DNA from: Rhodospirillales bacterium 24-66-33
GTDB taxonomy: Bacteria > Pseudomonadota > Alphaproteobacteria > Reyranellales > Reyranellaceae
Direction of reading: 5' to 3'
Length of the DNA: 64,000 nt
Assembly: GCA_002281855.1 (NCBI GenBank)
Contig: NCHQ01000026.1
Coordinates: 12,015-76,014 of the forward strand
Made by a program: the position numbers and the translations under genes. The notes under the pieces were generated by a model that saw nothing but the letters and a program-made list of their open reading frames with translations, was not told the DNA's origin and made no database searches. How positions within the stretch are numbered: position 1 is the first letter of the stretch; every line of letters starts with the position of its first letter. Positions 52,714 through 62,293 of this stretch are shown one piece after another.

Positions 52714-54477
52714 TTGATGTCAGTTCAATTTGCCGAAACCCCTGACGAAGCCGGAGAGATCGCCGCACGCTGGCTCGATTCGTTCGCGGCCGCGCTTCAG
52801 GCGCAGGATCCCGCGGCCGTCGCGGCGACGTTCCTGCCCGATGGGCATTGGCGCGACGTGCTGGCCTTCACCTGGGACGTCGTCACCCATTCCGGGCGGG
52901 CGGCGATCGAGGCGGCGCTGGCGCCGGTGCTGGCGCGCACCGCCGCGAACAACGTGGAGATCCCCGGCACGCGCACGCCGCCGCGCCGCGTGAAGCGCGC
53001 CGGCACCGAGTGCATCGAGGCGATCTTCGAGTTCGAGACCGCCTTCGGCCATGCCAACGCCGTGGTGCGCCTCGTCGAGGCCGACGGCGCGTGGCGGGCC
53101 TGGTCGCTGCTCACCACGCTCGAGGATCTGCAGGGCTGGCCCGACGGAAGGCCGCGCGAGCTGAGCGACGCCGAGCGCTACAGCCGCGACTTCGGCGGCG
53201 CCAACTGGCTCGACCAGCGGGTGAAGGCGCAGGCCTACGAGGATCGCGATCCCGCCGTGCTCGTGGTCGGTGGCGGCCAGGCGGGTCTCGCCACCGCCGC
53301 CCGCCTGCGGGCGCTCGGTGTCGATACGCTGATCGTCGATCGTCACCAGCGCATCGGCGACAACTGGCGGCGGCGATACCACTCGCTCACCCTGCACAAC
53401 GAGGTGCACGTCAATCACCTGCCGCTGATGCCGTTCCCCTCGACCTTCCCGGTGTTCATTCCCAAGGACAAGCTGGCGAACTGGTTCGAGTCCTATGTCG
53501 AGAATCTCGACCTCAACTACTGGACCGACACGCAGCTCACCGCGGGCCGCTACGACGAGGCAACGCGGCGCTGGACGGTGACCTTGCTGCGTGGCGACGG
53601 GACGGAGCGCATGCTGCATCCACGCCATGTCGTCTTCGCGACCGGCGTGAGCGCCATTCCGATCAAGCCGTCGCTGCCGGGCCTCGACACGTTTGCCGGC
53701 ACGGTCATGCATTCCGGCGCCTACACCAACGGCGCGGAGTGGAAGGGGCGCAAGGCGATCGTCGTGGGTACTGGAAACAGCGGCCACGACGTGGCGCAGG
53801 ATCTCTGCGCCAGCGGTGCCGATGTGACCCTGGTGCAGCGCAGCCCGACCTATGTCGTGTCGATCCGCGAGGCGCAGAAGGTCTATGCGATCTACACCGA
53901 AGGCCTGCCGTTCGAGGATTGCGACCTGCTGGCCGCCGCCTCGCCCTATCCGGTGCTGCAGCGCGCCTACCAGCTCTCGACCGCCGAGATGCGACAGGTC
54001 GATCGCGATCTCCTGTCGGGCCTGGAGAAGCGCGGCTTCCACCTGACCTACGGCGAGGACGATACCGGCTTCCAGATGATGTATCTGCGTCGCGGCGGCG
54101 GCTACTACTTCAACGTCGGCTGCTCCGACATGATCGTCGAGGGTCGGATCAAGCTGCTGCAGTACGACGACATCTCAGGGTTCGAAGCCGGCGGCGTGCG
54201 CCTGAAGGACGGCACGCTGCGTGAGGCCGAGCTGGTGGTCGTCGCCACCGGCTACATGAACCAGCAGGAAACGGTGCGCGCCTTCCTGGGCGACGCCGTG
54301 GCCGACCGCATCGGCCCGGTCTGGGGCTTCGACGCCGGCGGCGAGCTCGCCAACATGTTCAAGCCGACGCCGCAGCCCGGCCTGTGGTTCATCGCCGGCA
54401 GCCTGGCCCAGTGCCGCATCTACTCGCGCTACCTCGCTTTGCAGATCAAGGCCCGCGAGGAGGGGCTGATTCCTTAG
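52714..54477 (+). CDS. NAD(P)/FAD-dependent flavin monooxygenase-like oxidoreductase with NTF2/SnoaL-like N-terminal extension
   Basis: VLVVGGGQAGLATAARL is the FAD motif. The second Rossmann motif is AIVVGTGNSGHD, and the WRRRYHSLTLH block is present. An N-terminal region of about 160 aa precedes them. Confidence 0.85.
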   Translation: MMSVQFAETPDEAGEIAARWLDSFAAALQAQDPAAVAATFLPDGHWRDVLAFTWDVVTHSGRAAIEAALAPVLARTAANNVEIPGTRTPPRRVKRAGTECIEAIFEFETAFGHANAVVRLVEADGAWRAWSLLTTLEDLQGWPDGRPRELSDAERYSRDFGGANWLDQRVKAQAYEDRDPAVLVVGGGQAGLATAARLRALGVDTLIVDRHQRIGDNWRRRYHSLTLHNEVHVNHLPLMPFPSTFPVFIPKDKLANWFESYVENLDLNYWTDTQLTAGRYDEATRRWTVTLLRGDGTERMLHPRHVVFATGVSAIPIKPSLPGLDTFAGTVMHSGAYTNGAEWKGRKAIVVGTGNSGHDVAQDLCASGADVTLVQRSPTYVVSIREAQKVYAIYTEGLPFEDCDLLAAASPYPVLQRAYQLSTAEMRQVDRDLLSGLEKRGFHLTYGEDDTGFQMMYLRRGGGYYFNVGCSDMIVEGRIKLLQYDDISGFEAGGVRLKDGTLREAELVVVATGYMNQQETVRAFLGDAVADRIGPVWGFDAGGELANMFKPTPQPGLWFIAGSLAQCRIYSRYLALQIKAREEGLIP

Positions 54478-54506
54478 AACCTTTCCGCCTTTGAGTTGCC
54501 CCACTT

Positions 54507-54618
54507 ACCTCATCCTGAGGAGGCCCGAAGGGCCGTCTCGAAGGATGGGCAACAGACGTGGTGCTCGTGCCCACCCTTCGAGACGCACTCCTTCGGAGTG
54601 TTCCTCAGGGTGAGGGTG
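54507..54618. repeat. Intergenic nested-hairpin element, family B, copy 2 (inverted relative to copy 1)
   Basis: Its reverse complement aligns end to end with 33621..33731. It lies between convergent genes. Confidence 0.8.
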
Positions 54619-54647
54619 TTGCTGGAAAGACCTAGTCGAAGAAAACT

Positions 54648-55838
54648 CTAAATGAACTGGCGGATCGTCGCGATCACCACCAGGGCGCCGATCGCCATGA
54701 CGGCGCTGCCCAGCGAGATCACGGAGAGTGCGCGGCCGGGTGACAGGCGGCCCATATGGGCGGCGATCCAGAAGAAGGGATCGTTGACGTGGCAGATCGC
54801 CATCGATCCCGCGCCGACGGCGGCGGCTGCGAGGGCCCGGCCCGAGTCGCTGTCGAGGCCGAGCGCCGGCAGCATCGGCTCGACCATGCCGGAGGCGGTG
54901 AGCACGGCGGTGAGCGAGTTGCCCTGCATCGTCTTCACGATGGCCGCCGCCAGGAACGGCGTCAGCACGCCGTAGCGCGGATGCAGCGCATACTCGGCCA
55001 GGAGCTCCGACATGCCGGTCTCGTCGAAGACGCGCGCCAGGCCGCCCGACGCGCCGACCGCCATCAGGAGCGGCGCCCAGGAGCGGCCCGCCAGGACCGA
55101 GGGTTCCCAGCGGCGGGCGAGCACGATCGCCAGGGTGACGGCGATGGCCGTCAGCATCAGCGGCTTGGAGATACCGATGTAGAATTCGCGTGCGCCGCCC
55201 CTGCCCAGGGGTTCGCTCGGCATCTGGGCCACCGACTGCAGGACCAGCAGCAGGAGCGGGATGCCGACGCACAGCCAGGCCCAGGAAAGCCCGCCTTCGG
55301 CCGGCTGCGAAGGGACCTGCCGCGCCACGTGCCACCAGCCCAGTGCCACGGCGAGAGCGGCGACCGGGAGCGCGACCATGAATTCCGTACGAACATCGGC
55401 CTTCATGACCGAGGCCGCGGCGACTGCGAGCGGTGAGGGGGCCATGAGGGACGCGACCGCGAGGAGCGTGAGCGCCAGGCCCAGCGCACGCCGCGGTGCG
55501 TCCTGCCCGGCAGGTTGCAGCAGCGCCAGCCCGCCCGAGGCCGAGGCGCCCAGTCCCGCCACCAGCCCCGCCACGGCGGACGTGCCGGTGCCGAGCGGCG
55601 TGCGCAGCACGAGGCCGCTGACCAGAGCGCCCGCGACGACCAGGAGCCCGGTCTGCTCCAGCGCCGCCGTGAAGCCCAGGCCGAACGCCTTACCGACCGA
55701 ATCGAACGTCATGTCGGCGGCGATGCCATAGACCACCACGGTGGCCATGATCGCGAGGAAGACGGGCAGCCGGACGCTCTGGACCAGGAAGACGATGGCG
55801 ACGACGGCGATTGGCAGCAGGAGCGAGGCGAGAAACAT
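54648..55838 (-). CDS. GntP-family (gluconate:H+ symporter-like) permease
   Basis: IVKTMQGNSLTAVLTASGMV and GAGSMAICHVNDPFFW match the conserved GntP blocks (K..QGSs.vA, G.GS...SHvNDsgFW). At 396 aa it is shorter than typical family members. Confidence 0.8.
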   Translation of the reverse strand: MFLASLLLPIAVVAIVFLVQSVRLPVFLAIMATVVVYGIAADMTFDSVGKAFGLGFTAALEQTGLLVVAGALVSGLVLRTPLGTGTSAVAGLVAGLGASASGGLALLQPAGQDAPRRALGLALTLLAVASLMAPSPLAVAAASVMKADVRTEFMVALPVAALAVALGWWHVARQVPSQPAEGGLSWAWLCVGIPLLLLVLQSVAQMPSEPLGRGGAREFYIGISKPLMLTAIAVTLAIVLARRWEPSVLAGRSWAPLLMAVGASGGLARVFDETGMSELLAEYALHPRYGVLTPFLAAAIVKTMQGNSLTAVLTASGMVEPMLPALGLDSDSGRALAAAAVGAGSMAICHVNDPFFWIAAHMGRLSPGRALSVISLGSAVMAIGALVVIATIRQFI

Positions 55839-57063
55839 GACGAGACGAATCTTAGTGTCCTGCTACAGTCTCGTCATGCGCCTCCTCGTCGCTCTCCTGA
55901 TGTTGCTCGGTCTCGCGTCGCCCGTCCATGCAGAGGCGCTGGTCCGGATCGTGGGCAAGGACTTCGTCGAGCCAAACGGTCGCATCCTGCGTCTCAAGGG
56001 AATCAGCCTCGGCAACTGGTTGATGCCCGAAGGCTACATGTTCAAGTTCGAGGTCGCGAAGTCGCCGCACCAGATCTACGGCGCCTTCGACCGGCTTCTG
56101 GGCCCGGAGCGCGCCGCCCAGTTCTGGCAGCGCTACCGTGACACCTACGTGACAGAGGACGACATCCGCTTCATCAAGTCGGCCGGCTTCAACATGGTGC
56201 GGATCCCGCTGCACTGGCGGTTGTTCATGACCGCCGACGGCGAAGTGACGGGCGAGGGGTGGTCGCTGCTCGACCGGGTCGTCGGCTGGGCCGCCGCCAC
56301 CGGGCTCTACGTTATCCCGGACCTGCATGCCGCGCCCGGCGGACAGACCGGGATCAACCACGATGACGGGCCGGGCTACCCCCTGATGTTCTACGTGGCG
56401 CGCAATCGTGACCTCACGGTGAAGCTCTGGCGTGCCGTGGCGCAACGGTACCGCGGTAACCCGGTTATCCTGGGCTACGACATCCTGAACGAGCCGATCG
56501 CGCCCTACCATGACGTGGCGACGCTGAATGCGCGACTGGAACCCTTCTACAAGCGGACGACGGCGGCGATCCGCGAGGTCGATCCCGAGCGCATCGTGAT
56601 CCTGGCGGGCGGCCAGTGGAGCTCGAGCTTCGCCATGCTCGGGCGACCGTTCGCCCGCAACCTGGCCTACACCTACCATTCGTTCTGGGCCTCCACGCAA
56701 CGCGACTCGATCCAGCGGCACCTGAACTTCGCCAACCTCCACGACGTGCCGCTGTTCCTCGGCGAGACAGGCGAACTCAATGACGAGTGGAACGAAGAGT
56801 TCCGCCGCCTGCACGAGGCGCACGGCATCGGCTGGTCGTTCTGGACCTACAAGAATCTCGATACCCAATCGACCATCGTGTCGATCCCGCGGCCCGATGG
56901 CTGGAGCGAGATCGTGGCCTACGCTGACGGCGCTCGAAAGGAAAGGCCGCCGCAGGACCTGGTCGAGCGGGCCCTCGGGCAGTATCTGGACGGCATCCGG
57001 TTCCGCAATGGAACGGTGCGTTGGTCCTATCTTGCGTCGCTCGGCCTAAGAGGCGGCCCCTAG
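55837..57063 (+). CDS. Secreted glycoside hydrolase family 5 protein (beta-glucanase/glucosidase-like)
   Basis: The signal peptide is ...MRLLVALLMLLGLASPVHA; an alternative start is ATG 55876. FNMVRIPLHW is the GH5 strand-2 block, YDILNEPIAP is the acid/base NEP motif and LFLGETGE is the nucleophile block. Confidence 0.85.
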   Translation: MTRRILVSCYSLVMRLLVALLMLLGLASPVHAEALVRIVGKDFVEPNGRILRLKGISLGNWLMPEGYMFKFEVAKSPHQIYGAFDRLLGPERAAQFWQRYRDTYVTEDDIRFIKSAGFNMVRIPLHWRLFMTADGEVTGEGWSLLDRVVGWAAATGLYVIPDLHAAPGGQTGINHDDGPGYPLMFYVARNRDLTVKLWRAVAQRYRGNPVILGYDILNEPIAPYHDVATLNARLEPFYKRTTAAIREVDPERIVILAGGQWSSSFAMLGRPFARNLAYTYHSFWASTQRDSIQRHLNFANLHDVPLFLGETGELNDEWNEEFRRLHEAHGIGWSFWTYKNLDTQSTIVSIPRPDGWSEIVAYADGARKERPPQDLVERALGQYLDGIRFRNGTVRWSYLASLGLRGGP

Positions 57064-58287
57064 CAGTCGGCGCAAGGCGTCGGCAGCGCCATGACGGGGA
57101 CGTGCGCGGGCAGCCTCGACGGTGGCTTCCAGAATGCCCTGGAGCGGGTCCGTCGTCGTGCCGGCAACGGTGGATGCCTGGGCTTTCAGGGCATCCAGCC
57201 GGCCGAGAGCGTCGACCGTCGCCTCGGTGAGTCCGGCGGGGCTGTACTGGGACATGGCCACACCATGCCCGCCCTCGAAGGCAGGCCAGGCGAAGGCACA
57301 TTCTGCAGGCGCCACGATGGGGATACCCATCCGGCGCGCCTCGTTGGAGATCGCCGAACCACGCGTCCTGTAGGACTCGGGATCGTAGGGAAGCAGCAGC
57401 AGGTCGGTATGCGAAAGCAGATCGACATAGGCTTCGTCGGACAGCACACCTCTTCGTATGTCGACGCGTGACCCCAGCCTCTCGAGGTCGTCGAAGATCC
57501 AGCTGTCGCCCTCGGCATCGGACCCCGTGACGATGCCATGGACCGTGAAGTGCGATGTCGCGTGGCGCTCCAGCAGCGCCGGGATGGCTTCGGGCAGGAG
57601 GCGATATCCTTTCGAGCGATTGGCAAAGCCGGCGATCGTCAAATGCGGATGATCGGTCGCATCCGCATGCGAGTCTTCGGGGGCGGAGGGCAGGGCGATA
57701 CCGGCACCCGGTGCCACCCCTACGTCGAAGGGCAGCAGCGCGCGATAGAAGGCGGCCATCGGTTCGGTCTCGCTGTAGGCGACGAGACGCCGGCGGTCGC
57801 CAACCGCCTTGAGAAGAGCGGTGAAGCCCCGGCGCGCCTCCTGGTGGAACGGGATCGCGGCAGGATTGTCCGGCGCAAGCCGGTGGTGCGGACCGTAGAG
57901 CAGCCACATCAGCACCTGTGGCGGAGGCTTCAGCGGGTGGCGCCCCAAGACACGCGCCACGGAGGCAGCCAGGACCTGATCGCAGCAGGGCAGGATCAGG
58001 ATGTCGGGCCAGGTGCCAAGCTGTTTCAGGGCGCGCGCCAGCTCGCGGCTCGTCTGGGCGACGCGGGCCTCGAACTCTCGGGGACTGGCGTAGTCGCGGC
58101 CATAGACAGGGCCGGTGAAGGTTGCCGTGCAGTCGAGCGCGCGCGCGACGTCGGGCGTGGCGGCGATGGAACCAAGGCAAGCGGCGTCGATACCCAACCG
58201 GTCAAGCTCGGCCTGCAACCGGTCGACCGCGGCGTAGTGGTGCCCGCCGTGGGAATGGACGGCCGGATCGACGATGAGCGTCTTCAT
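57046..58287 (-). CDS. Glycosyltransferase, GT-B fold (GT1/GT4-like)
   Basis: The start is MKTLIVDPAVHSHGGHHY (ATG 58287, overlapping the upstream stop as ATGA). The C-terminal block LLLLPYDPESYRTRGSAISNEARRMGIPIVAP resembles the GT4 E-x7-E region. Confidence 0.75.
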   Translation of the reverse strand: MKTLIVDPAVHSHGGHHYAAVDRLQAELDRLGIDAACLGSIAATPDVARALDCTATFTGPVYGRDYASPREFEARVAQTSRELARALKQLGTWPDILILPCCDQVLAASVARVLGRHPLKPPPQVLMWLLYGPHHRLAPDNPAAIPFHQEARRGFTALLKAVGDRRRLVAYSETEPMAAFYRALLPFDVGVAPGAGIALPSAPEDSHADATDHPHLTIAGFANRSKGYRLLPEAIPALLERHATSHFTVHGIVTGSDAEGDSWIFDDLERLGSRVDIRRGVLSDEAYVDLLSHTDLLLLPYDPESYRTRGSAISNEARRMGIPIVAPAECAFAWPAFEGGHGVAMSQYSPAGLTEATVDALGRLDALKAQASTVAGTTTDPLQGILEATVEAARARPRHGAADALRRLLGAAS

Positions 58288-59181
58288 CGGCACTGTTGTA
58301 GCGTGCGCCAGGCGGGACGATAGCGCTCCACTGCCTGGCGCAGCCGCATCGCGGCACGCCATCGCAAGCCGAATTCGCCGGCATTGTAGAGATGCTGCTG
58401 CGGCGCCCGCACCTGCAGCTCGGGGAACACGAAAAGGCGGCCGCCGGCGCGTCCGATCGCTTCGTTGAAGGCGACATGCTCGGAGGCTTCGCGTCCCTGG
58501 GCGTCGAGGCCGACATATCTCGCCTTCAGCGCGTAGGGCATGCGGTAGAGGCCCAGCCCGCCGAACGCCGAGCGAACTTCGATCGGTTGCATCTGCGGAG
58601 GCAATGCAATCTGCCGGTCGAAGACCTCGCGGAACTTCGCGGCCTCGAACGACTCCCGGGCAGGCCGTTCCCAGATCCGGTGCCAGCAATCGTGCGGGCA
58701 CCAGGTTGGATGCCGCAGCGCCCAGATATCGTAGTAACGGGGCGACGCGCTCGCGAACACGGCGGCCCGGTCGGGGGGCGGCGCCGAGCCACTCGGCCGC
58801 TCGGGCGTAGGATCCGAGGTCGAGGGGCGCGGCGAGCACGTCGTCCATGTCGGCGACGACCATGTGGCCGTACTCCGCGAAGGCCGAGCCGCGCACTTCC
58901 TCGAGGCAGGCGTTGCGCGCGAACGCGATCCGTTCGGTCCGCCGCTCGAGCCGTCCGGCGAGCTCGCCGAGATCGAGGACCTTTCCTGCCCGTTCCTTGC
59001 CCATCCAGTCCCGTAACAGGGTGGCGGTGGCGTCGGTTGCGTCGCTGACGGCGAAGATGAAGGCCGTTCGATCGTAGAGCCGCGACAGGTCGGCGAGATT
59101 GGCGAGAACGTCCGGCAGCCAGCGGGCGCAGTCGCGGGCCGTGCCGACGAACACGGCGCTGTCGAGGCTCTTTTCCGTCAT
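58284..59181 (-). pseudogene. Frameshifted (or recoded) putative glycosyltransferase-like gene; the frame switches at a G6/C6 tract (58775..58780)
   Basis: The frame from ATG 59181 is MTEKSLDSAVFVGTARDCARWLPDVLANL...AAEWLGAAP, and it turns Arg/Pro-rich immediately after the C6 run. The +1 frame continues as ...DRAAVFASASPRYYDIWALRHPTWCPHDCW... down to a stop at 58284 that overlaps the next ATG. Confidence 0.6.
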
Positions 59182-59203
59182 GCCGCCGCCAGCGTTCCGG
59201 GGG

Positions 59204-60238
59204 TCATCGTCGTTCGCCCATGAATGAACGGGCATGACCGAGCACGTTCCGTGTCCCGGCAGCCAGCGAGTCGAGGAAGCGGATCCACGTGCCCCTGCTG
59301 CCGGTCGAGCGGGCATCGAGCGCCCGCTTCATCAGCGCCTGCGAATGGGCGTGGCGCCAGTCGCCGAAGGAGGCCCGGATGGACGAGGCCTCCTGGTCGA
59401 GGACGCGCTGGACCAGCTGGAGGATGTGGGTGCTGATCGGACCCCAGTCCTTGGTCGAGGAATTGTAGGTGCCGCCCATGACCGTGGCATTCGAATGCTT
59501 GTTGGAGCCGTGCATGCGATAGCCATAGAGGGCATCGTGAATGGCGATCGAGCCCGTCAGCAGGCCGGCGAATGTCGACAGGTAGTAGTCGAGATAGAGT
59601 CTCAGGTCCTGGTCCGGGACGACGAGCACCAGGTCCACGAAGCTACGCCGGAACATCATGCTCGCCATGCTGTTCGTGGCGCTGAGCGCCGTCCAGTGCG
59701 GATGAAGGGTCAGCCGCCGGTTCCGGGGAAAGGAAAGCTGGCCGGTCGTGGCGTCGATCGTCGGCACCATGGCCGGGTCGATTCCGCCGTGGCCCGTGAC
59801 GTCATGCTCGAACCACCACGCCGTCCCTGCCAGGAGATGGTCATCGGCGTCTATGATGTGCGAATCGCAGTAGGTGAGGGCGACGGGGAAGTCGGCATTC
59901 ATGTGAACGCACAGATGCCGCTCTATGAAATTCTCATACCAGACATCGTCGGAGTCCAGGAAGGCGACGAAGGGCGTGTCCAAATGCGCGAGTCCGCGCT
60001 TGATCGCGCCGGTCTGCCCGACATTGGTGTCCAGAGGGATATAGTCGAATCTCGAATCGCCGAGACGCGACAGGCAATGGCGAATCTCTTCGTCGGAATT
60101 GTCCGTCGAGGCATCGTCGATGACGAGCGTACGCAGGTTTCGGCAGGACTGGCGAGCGACCGACTCGATGGCGCGCCCGACGAAGGCGCCATTGTTGTAG
60201 TTGGCAATCACCACTCCGACCGGGGGTGCTGAAGGCAT
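59204..60238 (-). CDS. Glycosyltransferase family 2
   Basis: The start is MPSAPPVGVVIANYNNGAFVGRAIESVARQS...LVIDDASTDNS (ATG 60238). The DxD motif lies in FLDSDDVW. The 744-aa track ORF upstream of it is antisense read-through of the T1SS gene. Confidence 0.9.
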   Translation of the reverse strand: MPSAPPVGVVIANYNNGAFVGRAIESVARQSCRNLRTLVIDDASTDNSDEEIRHCLSRLGDSRFDYIPLDTNVGQTGAIKRGLAHLDTPFVAFLDSDDVWYENFIERHLCVHMNADFPVALTYCDSHIIDADDHLLAGTAWWFEHDVTGHGGIDPAMVPTIDATTGQLSFPRNRRLTLHPHWTALSATNSMASMMFRRSFVDLVLVVPDQDLRLYLDYYLSTFAGLLTGSIAIHDALYGYRMHGSNKHSNATVMGGTYNSSTKDWGPISTHILQLVQRVLDQEASSIRASFGDWRHAHSQALMKRALDARSTGSRGTWIRFLDSLAAGTRNVLGHARSFMGERR

Positions 60239-60493
60239 GCTGACCGTTTCCGTCTGCTTGATTGAAGGCTGGCGATCGCACGGAACATGCGGCTGCCTGA
60301 AGATGGTCGACGTTGCTACGCGCTGCAACCTCAAGCCCGACTGTCGCCGGCAGGGCTGCCATGTCGCATGGCCGACGCCGTGAATTCCCCTCCAAAGCCG
60401 CTTTCCGCTCAAAAGGGCGAGACAGCCGCGCTTCGCGAATGCTAGGGGTCTCCAGCCCGCCGTCCGGGGACGGCAGGGCGGACGATCAGGGAC

Positions 60494-62293
60494 GTGACGA
60501 GTAAGATGACGCGGGCCCCTTCTCCTGCAGCTGGATCGCCACGGACAGAGCTGGCGGAGGCGCTGCGGTCCTGTCGCACCTCCTATTTGGGGGTCGCGCT
60601 CTTCACCGCCGTCCTGAACATTCTCTACCTCACGGGCTCGTTCTTCATGCTCCAGGTCTACGACCGGGTGCTGCCGAGCCGCAGCGTTCCCACCCTGGTT
60701 GCACTCTGCATCCTCGCCCTCGGCCTCTACGGCTTCCAGGCCATCCTGGATATCGTCCGCAATCGGGTCCTGATCCGCATCGCCGGCGGGTTTGCCGAGA
60801 CGATGGACCGCCGGGTCTATCACCTGCTGGTCAAGCTGCCGCTGCGGGCGCCGCAGATGAACGGCTTCGAGCCGGTCCGCGACCTCGACCAGATCCGCAG
60901 CTTCATGTCGGGCACTGGTCCCGCGGCGCTGTTCGACCTGCCCTGGATGCCGCTCTATCTCGGCATCTGCTACCTGTTCCATCCGTTGATCGGGCTCACC
61001 GCGACGGTCGGCGCACTGATCCTGGTCGCCATCACCTTCGTGACCGAGGTCAAGGTCCGCCAGCCGTCGATCGAGGTCTCGTCGCTCTCCAGCCGGCGGA
61101 GCAGCCTCGCCGAAGCGAGTCGCCGCAATTCGGAGGTCCTCCATGCGATGGGCATGGTCGGCCGCTTCGCCCAGCAGTGGTCGGACTATGGACGTCGCTA
61201 CGTCGACGCGCATCAGAAGGCGGGCGACATCACCGGCGGCATGGGAAGCTTCTCGCGCGCGTTGCGCATGGCGCTGCAATCGGCCGTGCTGGCGGTCGGC
61301 GCCTATCTCGTGATCAAGCAGCAGGCCACGGCCGGCATCATCATCGCCGGCTCCATCCTCTCCGCGCGGGCGCTGGCGCCGGTCGAGCAGGTGATCGCGC
61401 AATGGCGTGTCTTCGTTTCGGCCCGCCAGAGCTGGCACCGGCTCAACAACCTGCTGGCGCGAATCCCGGACGATCGCGACATGATGCAGTTGCCGAGGCC
61501 CAAGGGGTCGCTGTCGGTCGAAGCCGTCAGCGTGGCGCCGCCGGGCGTGAACATGATCGTGGCTCGTGACGTCGCCTTCGTCCTGAAGGCCGGCCAGGGC
61601 CTGGGCATCATCGGCCCCAGCGCGTCCGGCAAGTCGTCGCTAGTGCGCGCGCTCGTGGGCGTATGGCGGCCGGTCGGCGGCAAGGTCCGGATCGACGGTG
61701 CCACCCTCGACCAGTGGTCTTCCGAGGCCTTGGGCGAGCATATCGGCTATCTGCCGCAGGACATGGAGCTTTTCGCCGGCACGGTCGCACAGAACATCGC
61801 CCGCCTGGAGCCCGAACCCGACGCCACCAAGGTGATCGCGGCGGCGCAGGCCGCCGGCGTGCACGAGCTGATTCTCGGCCTGCCCAACGGCTACGAGACC
61901 GAGATGGGCGAAGGCGGCACCGCCTTGTCGGCCGGACAGCGTCAGCGCGTCGGGCTGGCGCGGGCGCTCTATGGCGATCCCTTCCTCGTCGTGTTGGACG
62001 AGCCCAATTCGAGCCTCGATCATGAGGGTGAGGAGGCCCTGACCCGCGCCATCATGTCGGTGCGGGCACGCGGCGGCATCGCCGTCGTCGTGGCCCACAG
62101 GCCGAGTGCCTTGGCCGCGGTCGACCAGCTCCTGGTGATGCGCGGTAACCGGCAGCAAGCCTTCGGGCCGAAGGATGCGGTGCTGCGGGAGACGCTGAAG
62201 GCCGCGATGCCGCAGGCCGCCGGCACCCAGGCGGCGGGCGCCCCGCCGTCTCCGCTTCGGATGCCGGTCGGTCGCCCGCGGGAGCCGTCATGA
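60494..62293 (+). CDS. Type I secretion system ABC transporter (PrtD/AprD/PrsD family permease-ATPase, no C39 peptidase domain)
   Basis: FFMLQVYDRVLPSRS is the hallmark PrtD-family block. Walker A is GPSASGKSS, the signature is LSAGQRQRV and Walker B is LVVLDEPNSSLD. The start is GTG 60494 or ATG 60506. Confidence 0.9.
   Translation: MTSKMTRAPSPAAGSPRTELAEALRSCRTSYLGVALFTAVLNILYLTGSFFMLQVYDRVLPSRSVPTLVALCILALGLYGFQAILDIVRNRVLIRIAGGFAETMDRRVYHLLVKLPLRAPQMNGFEPVRDLDQIRSFMSGTGPAALFDLPWMPLYLGICYLFHPLIGLTATVGALILVAITFVTEVKVRQPSIEVSSLSSRRSSLAEASRRNSEVLHAMGMVGRFAQQWSDYGRRYVDAHQKAGDITGGMGSFSRALRMALQSAVLAVGAYLVIKQQATAGIIIAGSILSARALAPVEQVIAQWRVFVSARQSWHRLNNLLARIPDDRDMMQLPRPKGSLSVEAVSVAPPGVNMIVARDVAFVLKAGQGLGIIGPSASGKSSLVRALVGVWRPVGGKVRIDGATLDQWSSEALGEHIGYLPQDMELFAGTVAQNIARLEPEPDATKVIAAAQAAGVHELILGLPNGYETEMGEGGTALSAGQRQRVGLARALYGDPFLVVLDEPNSSLDHEGEEALTRAIMSVRARGGIAVVVAHRPSALAAVDQLLVMRGNRQQAFGPKDAVLRETLKAAMPQAAGTQAAGAPPSPLRMPVGRPREPS

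Noticed and set aside
57046-59316. 756-aa ORF as one large glycosyltransferase. The same issue applies to 59204..61438 (744 aa) and 28407..30017 (536 aa).
   Set aside because: Each is a real C-terminal gene fused in-frame to upstream out-of-frame or antisense read-through with Arg/Pro-rich, domain-free sequence. Internal ATG or GTG starts with SD or ATGA/GTGA coupling give proteins of normal family length.
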